DNA from: Pyrinomonadaceae bacterium | GTDB taxonomy: Bacteria > Acidobacteriota > Blastocatellia > Pyrinomonadales > Pyrinomonadaceae | Length of the DNA stretch: 27,451 bases | Direction: 5' to 3' | NCBI GenBank assembly: GCA_041498935.1 | Contig: JBGQJH010000001.1 | Span: 1 to 27,451 of the forward strand | In this document: positions 7,886-17,511 of the stretch, in pieces | Position numbering within the stretch: the first letter of the stretch is position 1 | Layout: every line of letters starts with the position of its first letter | Notes under the pieces: generated by a model | What the model was told of the DNA's origin: nothing | The model's database searches: none | The model's input: the letters and a program-made list of their open reading frames with translations, nothing else | Program-made: the position numbers and the translations under genes

Positions 7886-9457
7886 ATGAAAACTGTAAAG
7901 ACTGTCTTCCTGGTGCTCCTTCTGTTATTTCTTGCCACTGAATCTCTGGCCCAGGGGGCCCGCCGCAGAGGAACCAGGCGTCCAGTTGTCGCGAAGCCCG
8001 CGAATACTCAGCAAGCCTCTCAACCGGAGCCAACTCCAGCGCCGGTTGCGGCGACGACCGCGCCAGCGAGCGCGCCTATTCCCTTAGCCACAGTCAACGG
8101 GCAAAGCATCACCACGGCGGATATTGATCCCAAGGTGCGTGAAGAGGTAGACGCGTTGGAAGGGAGAATTGCCGAGGCCCGCAGGCAGATTTTGGAACTC
8201 CAAATCAACACGCTATTGCTGGAAAGCGAAGCCGGCAAACGGAAGATGACTTCCCAGCAGTTGTACGATCTCGAAGTCGCCCGGAAAATTACCGAGCCAA
8301 CGGCAGCTGAAATCAATAAGTTCGTTGAGGACAACCGCGATCAGATCGATCAAAGTGATCCGGTCGCGGTGCGCCAACAGGTGGTGGCGTTTCTGAAGAG
8401 TGAGCGCGAAGCGAAGATAACAGATGAATTCATCAAGCGTCTAAGCACTTCGAATTCGGTTGTAAACGTGGCTGGGGCAAACGCTGCAAGCCTTCCACCA
8501 ACCGCGGTGATAGCAACTGTCGGAGGACGTCCCATAGCTGCGGGAACAATAAATGAGCGGCTCAAACCGATCGCTTACAAGCTGCGGCTCAACACTTATG
8601 ACCTTGCCAAACAGGCTTTGGATCTCACTATCAACGATCTGCTTCTGCTGGCTGAGGCCAACCACCGCAACGTTCCTCCCGAGGAAATTGTGCGCAAGGA
8701 AATAACAGAGAAGGTACGGGTGCCCACTGAGGCTGAGATCGCAACATTCTACGCGGAAAACAAGGCTAAGGTCCCAGGCGAGTTCGCGGCAGTCAGCGGC
8801 CAAATTGCGTCGTATTTGCAAGAGCAGGATCGGCAGCGTTTGGAGGAGGCCTTGTCCAAACGACTGCGAACCGGGGCCGACATTCGCTTGCTGATTTCTG
8901 AACCACCGTTGCCGGTGCAGGCGATAAGCGTAGATGACGATCCGGTTCAGGGAGATGCAAACGCGCCGGTAACGATCGTGGAGTTTACTGATTTCCAATG
9001 CCCTTCCTGCGCGGCAATGCAACCCATCCTCGAAGAGGTGCTAAAGACTTACGGCCCTAAAGTAAAGTTGGTCGTGCGGGACTTTCCGCTTCCCATGCAC
9101 GCAAATGCCCGCAAAGCGGCAGAGGCGGCGAATGCCGCGCAGGCGCAGGGAAAGTTTTTTGAATACACCGCATTGCTCTTCAAGCGACAGAATGCGCTGG
9201 ACGTTCCCTCACTAAAAAAATATGCGAGCGAACTGGGATTGGATCGGGCGCGTTTCGACGCCGCGCTGGATGGCGGGAAATTTGCGGCGGAGGTCAAGCA
9301 CGATATTGACGACGGCCAGCTCTATGGCGTCGACAGCACTCCTGCCATTTTTGTAAATGGGATAGCCCTCAGAGAGATGAGTATCGAGGCCTTGCGCGCG
9401 TTAATTGATCGCGGACTCGCCGGCGCCAACTCCCCTCCCAAAGTTTCCGCAAGATAG
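7886..9457 (+). CDS. Exported DsbA-family thioredoxin-fold protein with two tandem SurA-N-like domains
   Basis: Signal peptide. Two similar repeats beginning LATVNGQSIT and IATVGGRPIA. C-terminal GDANAPVTIVEFTDFQCPSC...RDFPL...GVDSTPAIFVNG (CxxC and cis-Pro motif). Confidence 0.88.
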   Translation: MKTVKTVFLVLLLLFLATESLAQGARRRGTRRPVVAKPANTQQASQPEPTPAPVAATTAPASAPIPLATVNGQSITTADIDPKVREEVDALEGRIAEARRQILELQINTLLLESEAGKRKMTSQQLYDLEVARKITEPTAAEINKFVEDNRDQIDQSDPVAVRQQVVAFLKSEREAKITDEFIKRLSTSNSVVNVAGANAASLPPTAVIATVGGRPIAAGTINERLKPIAYKLRLNTYDLAKQALDLTINDLLLLAEANHRNVPPEEIVRKEITEKVRVPTEAEIATFYAENKAKVPGEFAAVSGQIASYLQEQDRQRLEEALSKRLRTGADIRLLISEPPLPVQAISVDDDPVQGDANAPVTIVEFTDFQCPSCAAMQPILEEVLKTYGPKVKLVVRDFPLPMHANARKAAEAANAAQAQGKFFEYTALLFKRQNALDVPSLKKYASELGLDRARFDAALDGGKFAAEVKHDIDDGQLYGVDSTPAIFVNGIALREMSIEALRALIDRGLAGANSPPKVSAR

Positions 9458-9463
9458 CTCTCT

Positions 9464-10045
<582 letters not shown>

Positions 10046-10252
10046 TAGCAGACTCCTTTGGATTAAAACCTGGGCCACGTAGTCCGGAAAACGGGCAATC
10101 AGGCAGAGGCGTGATGGTTAAGCAAAACTTCCGTCCTCACCCTGACAAACAGCTCGCTTACAAATTGTGGAGCGCATGAACGCCGGAAGCATAAGCGTTA
10201 GCGCCCGGGGGAGCAAGTTCTAGTACAATCGGTTGACAAAGGACTCTATCGA

Positions 10253-11929
10253 ATGGTCTCGCTGAAACCCGAACGCCTGAAGCGATACAAGGACGTGGCC
10301 CTTCTGCTCGTGAAATACGGGCACTCGGATCTCGTGAAGCAGGCCGGCCTCGAAGACCATCTCGAGCTTGGCGAAACAACGCTCGCGGAAACCGCGCCCG
10401 AGGCGGCAGAGTTAGCTGCGGATCTCGAGAAGCTTGGTCCCACCTTCATCAAGTTGGGCCAACTGCTCTCGACGCGTGCTGATCTATTGCCGGCGCCTTA
10501 CCTGGAAGCTCTTTCCCGTTTGCAGGATCAGATCGAGGCATTCCCATACGAGGAAGTCGACCGAATCGTTTCCAGCGAGCTCGGGGTGCGTATCTCAAAA
10601 GCTTTCGCCGATTTCGATCCGCAGCCGCTCGCTGCTGCCTCGCTGGCCCAGGTGCATCTCGCGCATATGCGTGACGGCCGCGCAGTGGTCGTCAAAGTGC
10701 AGCGGCCAAACATTCGCGAACAGATTGTTGACGACCTCGAAGCGTTAGGCGAGATCGCGCACTTCCTGGACGCTCACACGGAACTGGGAAAGCGCTACGA
10801 TTTTGAAAATATGCTCAGGGACCTCCGCGCCAGTCTGTTGCGCGAACTGGACTTCAAACTCGAGGCCAACAATCTTATCACCTTCGCTGAAAACCTGCGG
10901 GAGTTTGACCGCATAATTATTCCCGAACCCGTCGAAGATTTTTGCACCTCGCGCGTCCTCACGATGGAATACATAACCGGCAAGAAGATCACTGAGCTGA
11001 GTCCGCTGCGACTAATGGAAATAGACGGGCCCGGCCTCGCTCGCGAGTTGTTTCGCGCTTACCTGAAACAGATACTGCTCGATGGTTTTGTGCACGCCGA
11101 TCCACACCCCGGCAATGTCTTTCTTACTGACGACGAGCAGATCGGGTTGCTGGATCTGGGAATGGTGGCGCGCCTGCTGCCCGGCTTTCGCGACAACGTG
11201 CTGCGCCTCTTGTTGGCCATCGCCGAGGGACGCGGTGAAGAGGCGGCTGAAGTCACCATTCGCATGGGCGAGCCGAAGCCTCGTTTTGATAAGACTGATT
11301 TTACCAAACGGATCGCCGAGCTGGTCGCCGAAAATGCGGATGCAAATCTCAGCAGGCTCAACTCCGGCAAGGTTGCCCTGGAGATAACCAGGATTTCCGC
11401 CGACTGCTGGTTCCGTCTGCCGTCTCAGTTCACGATGGTCGCCAAGGCGTTGCTGAATCTTGATCGCTCTGTCTTCACTCTTGATCCTAACTTTGAACCA
11501 GGCGTAATCATTCGCCAGCGCGCCATGGAGATCCTCCAACGCAACTTGATGCAGAGCATGGCTCCGGGAAACCTGCTCGGGGGCGTGGTCGAACTCAAGG
11601 AGTTTGTTGAAAAACTGCCGGGCCGCGTCAACAAGATTTTGGACACGCTGGGCAACAACGAGTTCAAAGTGGATATTAACCACGCTATCGACGAGAAGAT
11701 TGTGCTCGATGGACTTCAGAAAGTTGCCAACCGGATCACCCTCGGACTAATCCTGGCTGCACTGATCGTTGGCGCTGCGATGCTGATGCGTGTTGAGACG
11801 TCGTTCAAGATACTCGGCTACCCCGGCTTCGCGATGATCTTCTTTCTCCTGGCCGCGATTACGGGAATTAGCCTGGTCATCACCATCGTCATGAGCGACG
11901 TCAAGGCGCGGAAGAAATCCGATGAGTAG
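10253..11929 (+). CDS. ABC1/AarF/UbiB-family atypical protein kinase
   Basis: LGPTFIKLGQLLSTRADL, AAASLAQVH, VVVKVQRP, ELDFKLEA, VHADPHPGN, LLDLGMV, plus two C-terminal TM helices. Confidence 0.93.
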   Translation: MVSLKPERLKRYKDVALLLVKYGHSDLVKQAGLEDHLELGETTLAETAPEAAELAADLEKLGPTFIKLGQLLSTRADLLPAPYLEALSRLQDQIEAFPYEEVDRIVSSELGVRISKAFADFDPQPLAAASLAQVHLAHMRDGRAVVVKVQRPNIREQIVDDLEALGEIAHFLDAHTELGKRYDFENMLRDLRASLLRELDFKLEANNLITFAENLREFDRIIIPEPVEDFCTSRVLTMEYITGKKITELSPLRLMEIDGPGLARELFRAYLKQILLDGFVHADPHPGNVFLTDDEQIGLLDLGMVARLLPGFRDNVLRLLLAIAEGRGEEAAEVTIRMGEPKPRFDKTDFTKRIAELVAENADANLSRLNSGKVALEITRISADCWFRLPSQFTMVAKALLNLDRSVFTLDPNFEPGVIIRQRAMEILQRNLMQSMAPGNLLGGVVELKEFVEKLPGRVNKILDTLGNNEFKVDINHAIDEKIVLDGLQKVANRITLGLILAALIVGAAMLMRVETSFKILGYPGFAMIFFLLAAITGISLVITIVMSDVKARKKSDE

Positions 11930-11944
11930 CAGGTCCGTCAACTA

Positions 11945-11971
11945 ATCAGAACCGGAAGCGTTAGCGACCGG
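11945..11971 (+). repeat. Solitary left arm of the ATCAGAACCGG REP-like family
   Basis: atcagaaccggaagcgttagcgaccgg matches the arms at 23105, 24272 and 24368. Confidence 0.75.
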
Positions 11972-12130
11972 GTGCGAGCGCTCAGCTGTAGGTGCCTATT
12001 GGATGCAGCGGCTGCCGAAGGTCTACCTGCGATACTCGACGATAAGTGACATGTTCATCTGTCCTTCCCATCTGATTCCAACGTTATCGAGATTTACAGA
12101 ATGGATATTGCCTCCGGTTGGCCACGATCA

Positions 12131-12200
12131 GAAACCGTTTAAACGGTTTCCTGTTTCTCAACTTACCAATGATCACCGGGCTAAAGCCACGGTGCTAATG
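12131..12200. repeat. REP-like double palindrome
   Basis: Perfect 20-bp palindrome gaaaccgtttaaacggtttc (12131-12150) and hairpin caccgggctaaagccacggtg (12174-12194). Confidence 0.6.
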
Positions 12201-12290
12201 AGAAATTCCTAATGATTCAAACTGCACTAGCACGACTACTAGTTACCCTTTCGGTGATATTGTAAATCTGTCCTTCTCCGGTTTGAAGAC

Positions 12291-13109
12291 ATGTTCACTA
12301 AGGCAATCGTCCGACCGCCAGGCCCCAATCTTGCCGAAGGGTTGACCACAATGGATCTGGGCGCGCCAAACTATCGCCGGGCGCTTCAGCAACATGCGGC
12401 GTATTGCGAAGCGCTCGAAGAGTGTGGAGTGACGCTAACGCGTTTGGAAGCTGACGAGCAATATCCCGATTCGACCTTTGTGGAAGATACGGCGGTAGTG
12501 ACTAACCGTGGCGCGATCCTCACGCGACCGGGTGCGGCCAGCCGGGCGGGAGAAGTCGAACGTATCGCCGAAGTGCTTTCGCGGTTTTACTCTGAGTTAC
12601 ATTTCATTCATCCGCCGGGCAGGCTCGATGGGGGCGACGTCTGTGAAGCGGGGTGTGAAGCGGGGTGTGAAGCGGGGTATGAGGCGGAGCGCGGAGCGCG
12701 GAGTCATTTCTTCATCGGCATTTCTGAGCGCACGAATGAAGCGGGCGCCCAGCAATTGGCTGACTGGCTGGCCTCACACGGTTTCAGCTCAACCTTCGTC
12801 GACATAAGAGGCGTAAAGAACATGCTGCATTTGAAGAGTGGCCTTGCGTTTTTGGGCGATAACCGGCTGGTAGTAAGCGACGCGCTGGCCGACCGCGACG
12901 AATTCCGCGGCCATGAACTTGTGCGCGTGACTGCCGGAGAGGAGTATGCCGCAAACTGCGTGCGCGTTAATGATCGGGTCTTAGTGGCCGCTGGCTATCC
13001 TGGCTTTGCAGGAACCTTGCAAGACCTGGGCTACCAAACGATCACACTTGAGATGACAGAATTTCAGAAAATGGACGGTGGCTTGAGTTGTCTGTCGCTG
13101 CGGTTTTGA
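12291..13109 (+). CDS. ddaH: Dimethylarginine dimethylaminohydrolase (amidinotransferase superfamily)
   Basis: YPDSTFVEDTAVV, SRAGEV, LDGGDV, HLKSG (catalytic His), EFQKMDGGLSCLS (catalytic Cys). Confidence 0.9.
   Translation: MFTKAIVRPPGPNLAEGLTTMDLGAPNYRRALQQHAAYCEALEECGVTLTRLEADEQYPDSTFVEDTAVVTNRGAILTRPGAASRAGEVERIAEVLSRFYSELHFIHPPGRLDGGDVCEAGCEAGCEAGYEAERGARSHFFIGISERTNEAGAQQLADWLASHGFSSTFVDIRGVKNMLHLKSGLAFLGDNRLVVSDALADRDEFRGHELVRVTAGEEYAANCVRVNDRVLVAAGYPGFAGTLQDLGYQTITLEMTEFQKMDGGLSCLSLRF
12642..12689 (+). repeat. In-frame 12-bp tandem repeat inside ddaH
   Basis: TGTGAAGCGGGG x3 plus a degenerate TATGAGGCGGAG, encoding CEAG-CEAG-CEAG-YEAE. Confidence 0.9.
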
Positions 13110-13134
13110 AGGAGCAAAAGCGGGCAATGCAGTA

Positions 13135-13275
13135 GGTGGTGTTCTGGTTTGAACTAATCTCTGTGCGTCTCTGTGTTCTCTGTGACTCGGTGGTGAATCT
13201 TATTAGCGATTGCTCACCACAAAGACACAGAGAACCCGGAGGTTACACAGAGAAAACTGAAACCAGGACACTACC
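13135..13275. mobile_element. 141-bp MITE-like element with 16-bp terminal inverted repeats and a 9-bp target-site duplication
   Basis: Left TIR ggtggtgttctggttt and right TIR aaaccaggacactacc match at 14/16. Flanked by aatgcagta at 13126-13134 and 13276-13284. Internal ctctgtg/cacagag palindrome. No coding capacity. Confidence 0.72.
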
Positions 13276-13291
13276 AATGCAGTAGCCGTTG

Positions 13292-13591
13292 TTAAGTAAT
13301 TATTTCCCGGAGAGCTTGTTCTTCGTCGTCAGTTAGGAAAGTAAACAGAACTCCAAACCCGATACCCATCTGGTAAGCGGCCACTTCACCACGCAATTTC
13401 AGCCATTCGCCCGAAGGCAGCTTGATTTCCACGCCCACGACCTCGCCAACGTCAACACGTCCCGCAGTATTAACGAAACAGCCGCCGAGGCTCAGGTCTT
13501 CAATCCGGCCTTCGTGATTGCCGGCCAGACCGTCCCACCGGGCGGGCAGGTTTGTTGACACCCGTTCGTCTCTACGTCGATTTTCAGTCAT
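13292..13591 (-). CDS. Stand-alone PilZ domain protein (c-di-GMP receptor family)
   Basis: N-terminal RRRDER (RxxxR) and DLSLGGCF (DxSxxG) motifs. Confidence 0.88.
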   Translation of the reverse strand: MTENRRRDERVSTNLPARWDGLAGNHEGRIEDLSLGGCFVNTAGRVDVGEVVGVEIKLPSGEWLKLRGEVAAYQMGIGFGVLFTFLTDDEEQALREIIT

Positions 13592-14491
13592 TCAGGCGTG
13601 TTTCCCGTCTTGCCGGTTTCCAGACAAAAGCTCCGCGGTTAACGATTCTTTGTCTGGCGCCAGGTAGTAGTTTCCCGTTTCCTTAGCATAGAACCCATGC
13701 AAGAAGCGAATTCCTTCTTCAGGACTTAGCGAATGAAGAGCTTCCAGGTCGAGATTAGAAGCAAATCGCTCTTTGCGATCCTGCCGGTCGAGATAACCCT
13801 CCCGGTAGGCCAACTTTGCCTCGCGAAATTGGGCCGCTCCAATTTCCCTCGGCGCCAGGAATGCGTTGTTGTATTCCAGCCGTAGAATACCGTAATCGTG
13901 TTTTTCGCAAAGATCTCCAAGGGCCGCGATGGAGTAACCGTAGAAATGATAGCGCAGTTGAAAATCCGGATCGAACTTCACCACAAATCTGAGCGGCGGT
14001 GGGATGTTTTCATTAATCTCAGTAACCACCAAACCCGGCCGGAAGTTCGATAGGATTGCGTCCAGGACCCAGTAATCGTTCCCGTCAATATCCAGGCAAA
14101 GAACTCCAAAGCCTTTTTCGATGTCGAAATCCTTGAGCAGCATTCCGATGTTGTCTGGGTCTGCCCGCGTGTGGACGGCACGAGCGCGCGGAAACTTGCG
14201 ATAGGCCCTTGATAACAAAGCATATTTCTGAGAATCGGCTTCGATGCCTAACGCCTTCCAGCCCTCTAACAACAGAGCGTAGCTGTTTGACCAGCGCACA
14301 CCATTGCCTGCTCCGATGTCCACCACTGTCCTTGGCTGATCCTTTGAGAGTAGTTCTTCAATGTACCGGGCGAGGATCTGCTGCTCATTGGCGTGGGAAA
14401 AGCGTCCCCGGAGAGAATACTTAAGCCTTTGCAGGGTGAGTTCAATGATACTGCCGTAATGTTGGGCAGTTTTAGTCAGGTTAATTTCCAT
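13592..14491 (-). CDS. SAM-dependent methyltransferase-like protein (FkbM-like)
   Basis: VVDIGAGNG motif I, WKALGIEAD, LCLDIDGNDYWVLDAIL, RPGLVVTEIN. Confidence 0.7.
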   Translation of the reverse strand: MEINLTKTAQHYGSIIELTLQRLKYSLRGRFSHANEQQILARYIEELLSKDQPRTVVDIGAGNGVRWSNSYALLLEGWKALGIEADSQKYALLSRAYRKFPRARAVHTRADPDNIGMLLKDFDIEKGFGVLCLDIDGNDYWVLDAILSNFRPGLVVTEINENIPPPLRFVVKFDPDFQLRYHFYGYSIAALGDLCEKHDYGILRLEYNNAFLAPREIGAAQFREAKLAYREGYLDRQDRKERFASNLDLEALHSLSPEEGIRFLHGFYAKETGNYYLAPDKESLTAELLSGNRQDGKHA

Positions 14492-14620
14492 CCGAGGGTT
14501 AACTTAGAGCTGCTTTTGGCGGAAGCCGGACCATCAGGGGCTTGGAGCCCTTGCTTACGTGCGGGCTTCTGTTTCGGCTTTCGCGGCTAAGATACCAAAC
14601 TCGCCTTCTGATGCAAACCT

Positions 14621-14712
14621 AACCGCAAAGATCGCAAAGGCTTCGCCAAGAAACGCGCGAAGGTGGTTTCCCTCGAGCGTTCCTTTGCAAACTCTTTTGC
14701 GCACTGGCGGTT
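14621..14712. repeat. Degenerate intergenic palindrome (aaccgc...gcggtt)
   Basis: aaccgcaaagatcgcaaagg is loosely inverted against cctttgcaaactcttttgcgcactggcggtt. Confidence 0.45.
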
Positions 14713-15491
14713 TAGAAGTCTTGACTAATAGGATTCGTGAGGTGGCTGTAATAGATTCTGGTGTCGTACTCGAAGCTGATCATTCCCTCGCGTTTGTTGG
14801 CATTGAATATTTCTTCAAGTTTCGCAAACATTGGCTCGAAATTGGGATCTCCGGGCTCGGGTGTGTACGACGCCGAGCGAGTACGACCCCTGAGCGATCC
14901 GAAGTCAAAATGCTGAACGTTTTCGAGACTCTTTAACCGGAAAGTCTCAGGCGCGAAAAACTGCGCTATTTCCCCGGCCATATTCTCATGTCGCACCTTC
15001 TCATAATCGGTCCCGTAATGAAGCAGAAGTTTTTCATAGTCGCGCAGGAAAGGCGTCGAATCGAGGCGGCGTTCATTCCAAAGGAGTACGACCCAACCAC
15101 CAGGCTTTAGAATGCGCGCGAACTCCCTCCTGGCCTTTCCTCGTTCAAACCAGTGAAACGCCTGCCCGGCGGTAATAAAGTCAACGCTGGCCGGTTCCAA
15201 AGTGGTCGCCTCAGCCGTCGCGTCGATGCTTACGAATTTCGCAAATCGCGCCCGGAGACGTTCTGCCGCCTGGCGCATCGCCGCATTTGGTTCGATACCA
15301 ATTACAGGATTACGGTTTTTCAGAAACAGTTCGGACAGTATACCAGTGCCGGAACCGATATCGGCGATTGTTGCTGACTCCTTCAGGCCGCAGTCGGCCC
15401 TGAGAATATCGATCACCGCGGCGGGGTAGTTCGGACGATAGTTAGCGTAGTCGTCAGCTCGGTTCGAGAAGCGCGCAACCGTATCACTCAT
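14712..15491 (-). CDS. Class I SAM-dependent methyltransferase
   Basis: RFSNRADDYANYRPNYP, IADIGSGTGI, TAGQAFHWF, ILKPGG. Confidence 0.92.
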   Translation of the reverse strand: MSDTVARFSNRADDYANYRPNYPAAVIDILRADCGLKESATIADIGSGTGILSELFLKNRNPVIGIEPNAAMRQAAERLRARFAKFVSIDATAEATTLEPASVDFITAGQAFHWFERGKARREFARILKPGGWVVLLWNERRLDSTPFLRDYEKLLLHYGTDYEKVRHENMAGEIAQFFAPETFRLKSLENVQHFDFGSLRGRTRSASYTPEPGDPNFEPMFAKLEEIFNANKREGMISFEYDTRIYYSHLTNPISQDF

Positions 15492-15559
15492 GGCACGATT
15501 TTAGTCGAACTGCGGCAGAAATCCAGGCTTCGCGGGACCAATGCAAATTCTTCAAGTGA

Positions 15560-16183
15560 TCAATCGCGGGGCAGTAGGGTGGCTCGGGGCGCAGGATTAC
15601 CGGGCGGATAAAACTTCACAAAAAGACGATGTGTCAGCAGCAGCAACAGAACAAAGGCGAATGTAAGCGGCAGACGAGTATCAGACTTGACGAGCAGCCA
15701 GTAGTGAAGCGCTCCGGCGATGCCGGCCGCGTAAATGAGCTTGTGCAACTTGCTCCAGCGTTTTCCGCCCAGACGCTTGATCATCTTGTTGGTTGAAGTG
15801 ATCGCGAGCGGGATCATCAAGAAGAAAGCCGCCATCCCGAGGGCGATGAAGGGTCGCGAAGCGACATCGCCCGGCACACTCTTGAGATTGAAGTAACGAT
15901 CAAACCAGATATAGGTCAGGAAGTGAAGAAATCCGTAGAAGAACGCAAAAAGGCCGAACATGCGACGGAATTTTACCAGCCAGTTTAGTCCGGTAATCTT
16001 TCGCGCCGGCGTGACGGCGAGGGTAATCAGTAAGAAAACCAGGGTCAACATGCCGGTCGTGCGGGTGACAAACTCGAGCGGGTTAGCGCCGACGCGTTTG
16101 TGGTAAACGTCCCAGAGCAACAACCCGAGAGGTACCAGGGCGTTGGTGAAAAGCACGAATTTTGAGAAGCGAGCGTCTTTCAT
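15560..16183 (-). CDS. msrQ: Heme-binding membrane subunit of protein-methionine-sulfoxide reductase
   Basis: TLAVTP, RRMFGLFAFFYGFLHFLTY, LAITS, GGKRWSKLHKLIY..LHY. Lies downstream of msrP. Confidence 0.92.
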   Translation of the reverse strand: MKDARFSKFVLFTNALVPLGLLLWDVYHKRVGANPLEFVTRTTGMLTLVFLLITLAVTPARKITGLNWLVKFRRMFGLFAFFYGFLHFLTYIWFDRYFNLKSVPGDVASRPFIALGMAAFFLMIPLAITSTNKMIKRLGGKRWSKLHKLIYAAGIAGALHYWLLVKSDTRLPLTFAFVLLLLLTHRLFVKFYPPGNPAPRATLLPRD

Positions 16184-16191
16184 AACCAGGT

Positions 16192-16301
16192 GTCAGTAGT
16201 CCGTGGTCAGGTGCTAGTCATCAATGCCCGTCGTCAAATGGGTCCCAAGTCACCGCATCCAGGAAAAAATGACTACGGACCACGGGCAACTGACTACTGA
16301 C
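16192..16301. repeat. Heptamer-type loose inverted repeat between msrP and msrQ
   Basis: gtcagtagtccgtggtcag (16192-16210) versus gactacggaccacgggcaactgactactgac (16271-16301). Confidence 0.55.
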
Positions 16302-16306
16302 TTGCT

Positions 16307-17296
16307 TCAAAAATGCTTCCGCAAGTCCATTCCCTCATAAAGGTGCGCAACCTGTTCCGCATAGCCGTTGAAAAGCAACGTATCGCGCGCGGTAAAGCTC
16401 GATTCGCCTATCCGATGCTCTCTCGCCTGACTCCAGCGCGGGTGTGGCACATTCGGATTGACGTTCGAATAAAACCCGTATTCATTGGGGGCCTGAATAT
16501 TCCACGTTGTCGGCGGTTCCTCGGCGACAAGGCTGATCTTGACAATCGACTTGATGCTCTTGAATCCATACTTCCAGGGCACCACCAACCGAATGGGAGC
16601 GCCGTCTTGCGGGGGCAGAGTTTCCCCGTAAAGGCCTGTCGCCATTATGGACAGGGGATGCATCGCCTCATCGATGCGAAGCCCCTCAACGTAAGGCCAG
16701 TCGAGGACGCCGGTTGACTGATTAGGCATGCGCCTGGGATCAAGAAGCGTCTGGAAAGCAACGTATTTCGCCTGTGCGGTTGGCTCCACCTTTTCCAGAA
16801 GCCTGGCTAGCGGAAATCCGACCCACGGAATCACCATCGACCAACCTTCAACGCAGCGCAGGCGATAGATGCGTTCCTCAAGTGGGAACTTTAAAAGCTC
16901 CTCCAAACCAAAGGTTGTGGGTTTGTTTACCAGGCCTTCGACCGCAACAGTCCAGGGCCTGGTTACGAAGCCTTTTGACTGGTAAGCAACTGACTGCTTA
17001 TCGGTCGAGAATTCGTAGAAATTGTTGTAGTTGGTAATGTCCTCGATAGACGTGAGTTTTTCGTTTGTTGTAAAACCATCGCCCGCGCCATTGTCAACCG
17101 TAGGTCTTGCAACCGTTATGAGCTTATCGCCTTTTGGCTTTTCGGCCGGTGGCGGATTGAGCTTGCGATAAAGGAGCCCGGTCGCGGCGGTGGTCGCTGC
17201 CAGTGCCGCGCCACGCATGAACAGACGGCGGTTTAGATAAACTTGCTTGTCCGTGATTTCGCTGGACTTAATCTCGTCAGGTTTCTTGATTAACAT
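16307..17296 (-). CDS. msrP: Protein-methionine-sulfoxide reductase catalytic molybdoenzyme subunit (Tat substrate)
   Basis: [15 protein letters not shown], Tat motif [28 protein letters not shown] (Mo-ligand Cys), [27 protein letters not shown] 17296 is preferred. Confidence 0.95.
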   Translation of the reverse strand: MLIKKPDEIKSSEITDKQVYLNRRLFMRGAALAATTAATGLLYRKLNPPPAEKPKGDKLITVARPTVDNGAGDGFTTNEKLTSIEDITNYNNFYEFSTDKQSVAYQSKGFVTRPWTVAVEGLVNKPTTFGLEELLKFPLEERIYRLRCVEGWSMVIPWVGFPLARLLEKVEPTAQAKYVAFQTLLDPRRMPNQSTGVLDWPYVEGLRIDEAMHPLSIMATGLYGETLPPQDGAPIRLVVPWKYGFKSIKSIVKISLVAEEPPTTWNIQAPNEYGFYSNVNPNVPHPRWSQAREHRIGESSFTARDTLLFNGYAEQVAHLYEGMDLRKHF

Positions 17297-17511
17297 TGCT
17301 GGTACACAAAAAGTCGTAATCGATTTCAACCTCGCTCATATCTACGAAGCCAAGGCAACAAGAGATTTTAGCCGCAGGCCGATCTGCGCCAAAACCAAAA
17401 AACTTGAGTTAACTGATCAGATGACGTAATAGTATCGCCCACTCTGGATCAGGCCTTCAATCCGCCGGACCTGAAGATTAGAAGCCCGGCACGTCAAAAA
17501 GGATTCACGAT

